Positions 58,483 through 64,000 of a DNA stretch of 64,000 nucleotides are shown piece after piece. Numbering within the stretch: the stretch's first letter is position 1; each line of letters opens with the position of its first letter. The position numbers and the translations under genes were made by a program. Under the pieces are notes generated by a model that saw only the letters and a list, made by a program, of their open reading frames with translations, did no database searches and was not told where the DNA came from. The stretch is from Paraspadella gotoi (Eukaryota; Animalia; Chaetognatha), in assembly GCA_051294375.1 (NCBI GenBank), contig CM119270.1, forward strand, positions 12,620,497 through 12,684,496, written 5' to 3'.

Positions 58483-61045
58483 GATAAAATTTTAATAATT
58501 TAATTTATCATAACTTATAATGTTTAAATAATTTTATATACATTAAAAACCTCTATTTTCGGACAAGAAAGATAAAATTATACAAAAAAATGGTCATCAC
58601 CACAGAATTCTGACAGGACTAATTACACTAAAATACGCTATGTACCTCACTTGATTTGTTATATTTTGTTATTTTTCAACGCTCTACCACGCATTTTGCT
58701 TACAACCGCTCCAATCCCATTTCGCGCACCTTGATCAGCATCTCGGGGGTGTATCTCTTCAGGTCCGAGATCGTTATCTTATTATCTAAATAATCGAGGA
58801 AGACCCGGAACGCCCAGTGGGAGACGCCGTCCACTTTGACCCGACTCTCAACCATGGGAGTGAAATAAGCGGCGCGTTTTTCTACGACGCGACGCGGCGC
58901 CGTCATCCCTCGACCTTCGACGACGAAGTCGGCGTCGTCGTTGTTCGGCGCCATTATCTCCATCTGTCCGTCGGACAGCGTCAGTTCGACACGGATAGAG
59001 ATTGACCATTCACGAGCGCCGTTGCTTAAAGGGACTGTAGCGGTAACCTTTTTCAGACCTTGGGAGTCGTAGTGATTGAAAATGTCGACAGGCTCGGGGT
59101 CGTTGTCGTTGTTGTTGTCATAACGGAGGAAGATCTTTCCCGACGCCAGATTGGATCGACCGAATTCGAAGGTGAAAACCAACTTCTTCTCTTTCTTCGC
59201 CTGTGAAAAAAAGAAAAAGAGACGTGAGACCTACTTAAGGGTCGAAAAACTGACTTTTTAACGAACCTTGGGGTCAGCTCTGACGATGACGCGACAATCC
59301 CTCGAGTTTTTTCCGTTTTTGATCCTCAAACGTTTTTTTGTTTCACCCCGAACAGGGTGAAAAAATTCGGCCCAAAGATACTTTGCCATCGAGCTGAGTA
59401 ATTTTTTTTTTTTTTTTTTTAGCTTGCTGCATAAGTTTGTATATTCGCGATTTCTGGTTAAGCCATGCTGGTACATATATACATATTGCTGGTTTGAATA
59501 CACTGCGGCGCAAAAAAATTAGCCACTTTTTCATATAGAAAAAAAACGTATTGGATGGTTGAATTTTACAAAGATATAGAAACATAAAACAAAACTTATT
59601 GAAAGATAAATCGATTGGTTCAAATCCCAAAGTGTTCGAAAGTTATACTAGGACGACAAAGTTGATTGGTACAAAAATACAAAAAATTAAAAATTAGTTT
59701 TCGTTAAAAAGAGTCAATAATTTTTCCTTATTAAAATTGTTTATAATATGAAATTGGCTGAACAAATTTAGAATAGAATATCTAAATCAAATTGAAATAA
59801 ATAAGGAAACTATATAGAAAAACAATCAGTCAGAAAAAAAATATCATCAACTTAACATCCAAAAAACATTTTTTCCCAATTCTCTTTGAGACTCTGTCTT
59901 TAAAGTATTGCTGTATTCTACTGCCAGAACCAATTAATTTTTTTATTGTACCAATCAATAGCTTTTTCAAAAAGCTATACTTTTCATAATATTTTCTTTA
60001 AATTAAAAATAAATAGTGGGGTATTTATAGCTAACAAATCGCTCCTTTTTTTTGCCCCACAGTTTATACATACCAAACAAATTTAAACATCATGGCGGGA
60101 TAAGTGTGAAGTTTTTAGATGATAACTATATGATTCAAATTCTTAATTAAAAATTTGGGAACTTCCTGATCTTAGAATCTCTAGTTTTTTTATTAATCCT
60201 GATTATGAAAGAGATAAGCAAAGCTACTGGTTATTTTTGATCGTGCCACAGTGTACGTTGTAAATCACGAGCTCGCTCGTGATTATTCTCGTTGATCCTA
60301 ATAATTCTAATAATTTAGTAGAAATTGTTGTTTGGGAAAATCCAAACTGGAAATGACAAAAACTATATTTTTCTCCAATTTTTTTATAGGTCAGTTCTGT
60401 TTTTATTCTTCCTTTTTCGGTATTTGGTTCTGAATTTCTTCTGGTTAAATTCGAACTTATTAAACAAAAAATGGACACCAAATAAAAAAAAGAACCGAAA
60501 AATTCATCTGTCAGTCTAAAGAAAGAACCGCTCTTGACGTCAATCGTCGGTCTACAGGCGAAGAAGGTTAAAGCGACACCCGTTGAGTAACTGCCGAGAC
60601 GTTACTCGTAAATTTACAGCTAAAACCGTTTAGGATGAAACCCGTCAAACCCCAGGGAAGGCTGTAGAATACAACAAGCTCACCTAGCTTTAACCCTAAA
60701 GACAAAGAAGAGAGAGANNNNNNNNNNGATGATCGAATCGGCTCTCGTTCACTCAAGTCTTCTTTTCTTTCGCTTTTAAAATGTAAAGAAAGGTTGGAGA
60801 TAGGAGATAAAGAGAAGTGGGAAGGAAAGGACAGGGAAATAAAAAGGTAGGCTCGTAGATTCCTTTTTTTTTTATATTGCGGTTATTACGTGGATCACGT
60901 GACTTGGTTGCTCGGTCACGTGTCGAGTTCATCGTAAGTATGTCGTCGTGTGTAGGCAAATAGGGGGGCCCCAGGAAGGTGATTGGGGAGCCAGATAACA
61001 GCGATCATATCTCATAAGAGGAAAGGAGAGAGGAGAGAGAGAGAG

Positions 61046-61127
<82 letters not shown>

Positions 61128-62399
61128 GCGCTTAAACTTCCCACAAAAAGTTATCTTTAAAATTTTCATTGAGAGAATGGTTTGAATGAAATTTACGAAA
61201 GACCTGATTCTTGCGCAATAACAAGTCATAACTTGTTAATTTTTAACACGTTGCAGGAAATAGAGCCCACATATCCGTGAATCGATTGAGCGCTGAGAAC
61301 GACGATCTAACAATTCGGTTTGGTTCAAAACCCGAACTCCATGTGACTTTAACCGTGAATTTGTCGATGTTGGTTTTATATAATTTTGACCCTCAGCGTT
61401 GATTCGTAATTGCATGTTTTTTGTTGTTTCTTCTCTTCTTACTTTTTTTCTTAGAAAATACGGCAACCAGGCGTCTTTACTTTTCAGCCAGTGAAAAATG
61501 ATTGTTTGGGTTGCTTGGTTAAAAAGTGCCGTTTTTTATTTGATTTTCTTTTCCTTCTTTTTTATGTAGTATGTACTCTTTTAATAATGCTGTATTTCTA
61601 ATAAAATTGTTGGGGTAAATATCATTTCAGTTTTAAAGGCAAACGATATTTCTCTATACTTCGCCGCGTCTTTGTATTATTATTGTTAGTGTTATGTTAT
61701 TACTTAGGTCTCAAGTCGACTACCGATTTTTCAAGATCTCCCATTAATTTCCCCATTTCCCGCTTTAAAAGCTTATTTATTTCTTTCGAGTCTGTCCCTT
61801 CCTTTAAAACTGCTTCTTATTTCTCATTTTCAGTCTTGCCTCAACCCTCAACATTTTTTTTTATATTTCAGATTGTTTAGTCTCGATATTTTTTGAACAT
61901 TTTTATTTCTTTTTGTTATTTATTTACTTTTTATATGCCTCAGGATAAAGACGTCGATAATATTAACGATAATCATTTAGTGCGTCTTATTATTCATATA
62001 TAGATATTATTATAATTAGTATTATCAAACATATCATGTCGTACGGCGCGGGAGGCTACGACGGAAGTGACGCTTATTGTGAACCTTTTAATCTCCTTCA
62101 CAAATCAGGAAGATAACTCTTTTTTTTTTCTTCCCGGAAAAGACAAAAAAAGATTTGAAAAATTCAGATGGAGAAGAGAGAGAGAGAGTAGAGAGGAGAG
62201 AGAGAAGAGAGAGAGAGAAGAGAGTCGAGAGAGAGGATTGGAGAGAGAGAGAGAGATGGATATAATCATTTATTATGTCATATATACTATCTAGTTTGCC
62301 AAAGATTTTCAAACTGTTGAATAGTATGAGGACTGCTAAGGCCTGTGAAGTAAATTGTCTTTAACGAGAACGCTTCCAGGGAGAGTTTACAAACTGCCG

Positions 62400-62701
62400 A
62401 GGATCTAAGACCGAAAGAAGGCAAGGTCGCTGAAGATGCTGAGTTTGCAGAATCAGACCAACGAGACATCATTCTATATCAAGTTTTCGTGAATGAAAAT
62501 TGTGTCGATCTCCAAAGATTTCTCGCTTTTGTCGTCCTGTTGATAGAATTGAAAAAAAAAATTAATAGTTTATGAAAAATCGGTTCGTATATTGGCAAGA
62601 TGTTCGATCGACCTGTATGATATCATTCTCCAGTTTTGACCGTGTATTTTAATGGCCGTCAAGATCCAATCTGAAGAGATGATGGTCCCGCCCCAAACAT
62701 G
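62400..62701 (-). pseudogene. Degenerate trypsin-family (S1) serine protease homolog fragment. Exons 62701-62613 and 62536-~62400
   Basis: HVWGGTIISSDWILTAIKI resembles HxCGGTIISxxWILTAAHC but lacks the catalytic His and Cys. Next exon has IDTIFIHEN and a frameshifted NDVSLV, with stops. Confidence 0.6.
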
Positions 62702-64000
62702 CTGTTTCAAATGAATCAATCAACCAATCAATCAATTAATGATACAATATCCTGCCCAAAGAGATGACGCTCTCAGTGCAATTTAGAGATAAAAGTATCG
62801 AGATTTCTTAGTATCTGGGCGTGCCCAGTTATAAACGTTATCACTTTTTGGTTTCATCGTGCGTTCGTCATCGTCGTCGTCTTCGTCATCGTCATCGTCG
62901 TAAATGTCGGACGAATGACATTTGTCGGCGTCGGATCGATCATAAAAATTAGGGAAAAAAATACTTTTTTATAAGATCGATTAAAAATTAATACCGACTC
63001 GGACTTTGAAGATAGACCAAGTATTTAAATAAACAATTGTATTTAACTATTTAACTAAGTTAATTTGTTTAACCTAATATAGTTTTTGATATTATTTGTT
63101 TTTTTTTACTAGTTGTTTCAAATAATTGACTTCGTAAGGCCAACGCTTAAAATTTTCCTTGTCGAAGCTCAGAGTTTGAAATTTCGAAGGTGAAATATTG
63201 AAGTCGTAAATATTCACCTGAGAAGCGTCAAAGACTAAATGATTAGTGAAGTTTTTATGAAGTATTATCATTACGACAACGAATGCTATGACATCTTGAG
63301 CTCATGGCGAAATATTGCTATCATTTCATGGTGACTAAAAAGTTGAACAATCCGTTGTTGTACCTCTTTGGGTAGAAAGTACAAAATCATTTATTAAGGC
63401 AACAGCCGGGTTGCCTGTGACGCCCATTGGGATGGGGNNNNNNNNNNNNNNNNNNNNNNNNNNNNNNNNNNNNNNNNNNNNNNNNNNNNNNNNNNNNNNN
63501 NNNNNNNNNNNNNNNNNNNNNNNNNNNNNNNNNNNNNNNNNNNNNNNNNNNNNNNNNNNNNNNNNNNNNNNNNNNNNNNNNNNNNNNNNNNNNNNNNNNN
63601 NNNNNNNNNNNNNNNNNNNNNNNNNNNACTGACGCATCCAGACATTGGCGCTTTAACCCTAGGACGGTCTCGCTTTGCGAACACGAGATATTACGCGGGC
63701 CATATCCTCGCAGTTTAAACTGTTAAACTTCGCGCAGTTTCGGGGAAGAGAACTATAAGTTCACCGCAACTACGCCCTGCGGCGGCCTTCGCCGGGGATA
63801 TCATCCCGGAAAATCCCCGCCCAAATTCATGACGGGGACGAGAAATGGCCTACTCTCTCTCTCTCCCTCTCTCTCTCTCTCTATCTATCTCTCTATCTCT
63901 CTCTCTGTTTTTTTGGGCTTCAAGGTATCAATAGCGATAACAATGAGGGTCATAGATTTGAATTTTTCTTTGCTTTCTTTTAATATATTTTTAAATACTA

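Larger units (their letters stand above)
56452..58686. mobile_element. Non-autonomous hAT-type DNA transposon with ~130-bp imperfect TIRs, carrying a nested Penelope fragment
   Basis: TAGGGCGTTGAAAAATAAC... / ...GTTATTTTTCAACGCTCTA; perfect 8-bp TSD CCACGCAT (56444-56451 and 58687-58694); internal AT-rich inverted repeat ~56700-56900 vs ~57010-57215. Confidence 0.85.
56200..59393 (-). pseudogene. SPOP-like BTB/POZ protein pseudogene. Exons 59393-59267 and 59200-58687, continuing at ~56358-56200 beyond the insertions
   Basis: BTB signature ADFVVEGRGMTAPRRVVEKRAAYFTPMVESRVKVDGVSHWAFRVFLDYL, then GLERL*AKC. Past the hAT insertions come frameshifted BACK-like pieces DNACATLISL, KKCFDNI and TKGFDLI. 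GT-AG intron 59266-59201 is in phase 0. Confidence 0.7.

Noticed and set aside
59640-59982. Weak inverted repeat (GATTGGTACAA / TTGTACCAATC)
   Set aside because: Too degenerate and without a TSD to call a MITE.
63654-63670. TTAA-CCC possible piggyBac terminus (similar motif near 60690)
   Set aside because: No matching opposite TIR or transposase in the window; the motif is too short to be significant.

Overview
AT-rich eukaryotic (invertebrate-like) draft genomic DNA with spliceosomal GT-AG introns, many microsatellites and N gaps. Most entries in the ORF track are low-complexity artefacts. Supported genes are (1) a 12-exon minus-strand gene for an uncharacterised coiled-coil protein (<1-4671), (2) a long plus-strand gene with two PH domains and a C-terminal coiled coil (~13029-32625), (3) a SPOP-like BTB pseudogene broken by nested hAT-type insertions, and (4) a decayed trypsin-like protease homolog. 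The most notable content is three related Penelope-like retroelements with inverted pseudo-LTRs carrying minimal hammerhead ribozymes. One is a 717-bp non-coding foldback with a ribozyme on each strand, a 13-bp target-site duplication (TSD) and a visible empty site. There are also several MITE/hAT-type elements. Blocks 13.2-26 kb and 33.5-43.9 kb contain direct and inverted re-copies bounded by 25-N gaps, probably assembly or haplotype artefacts.
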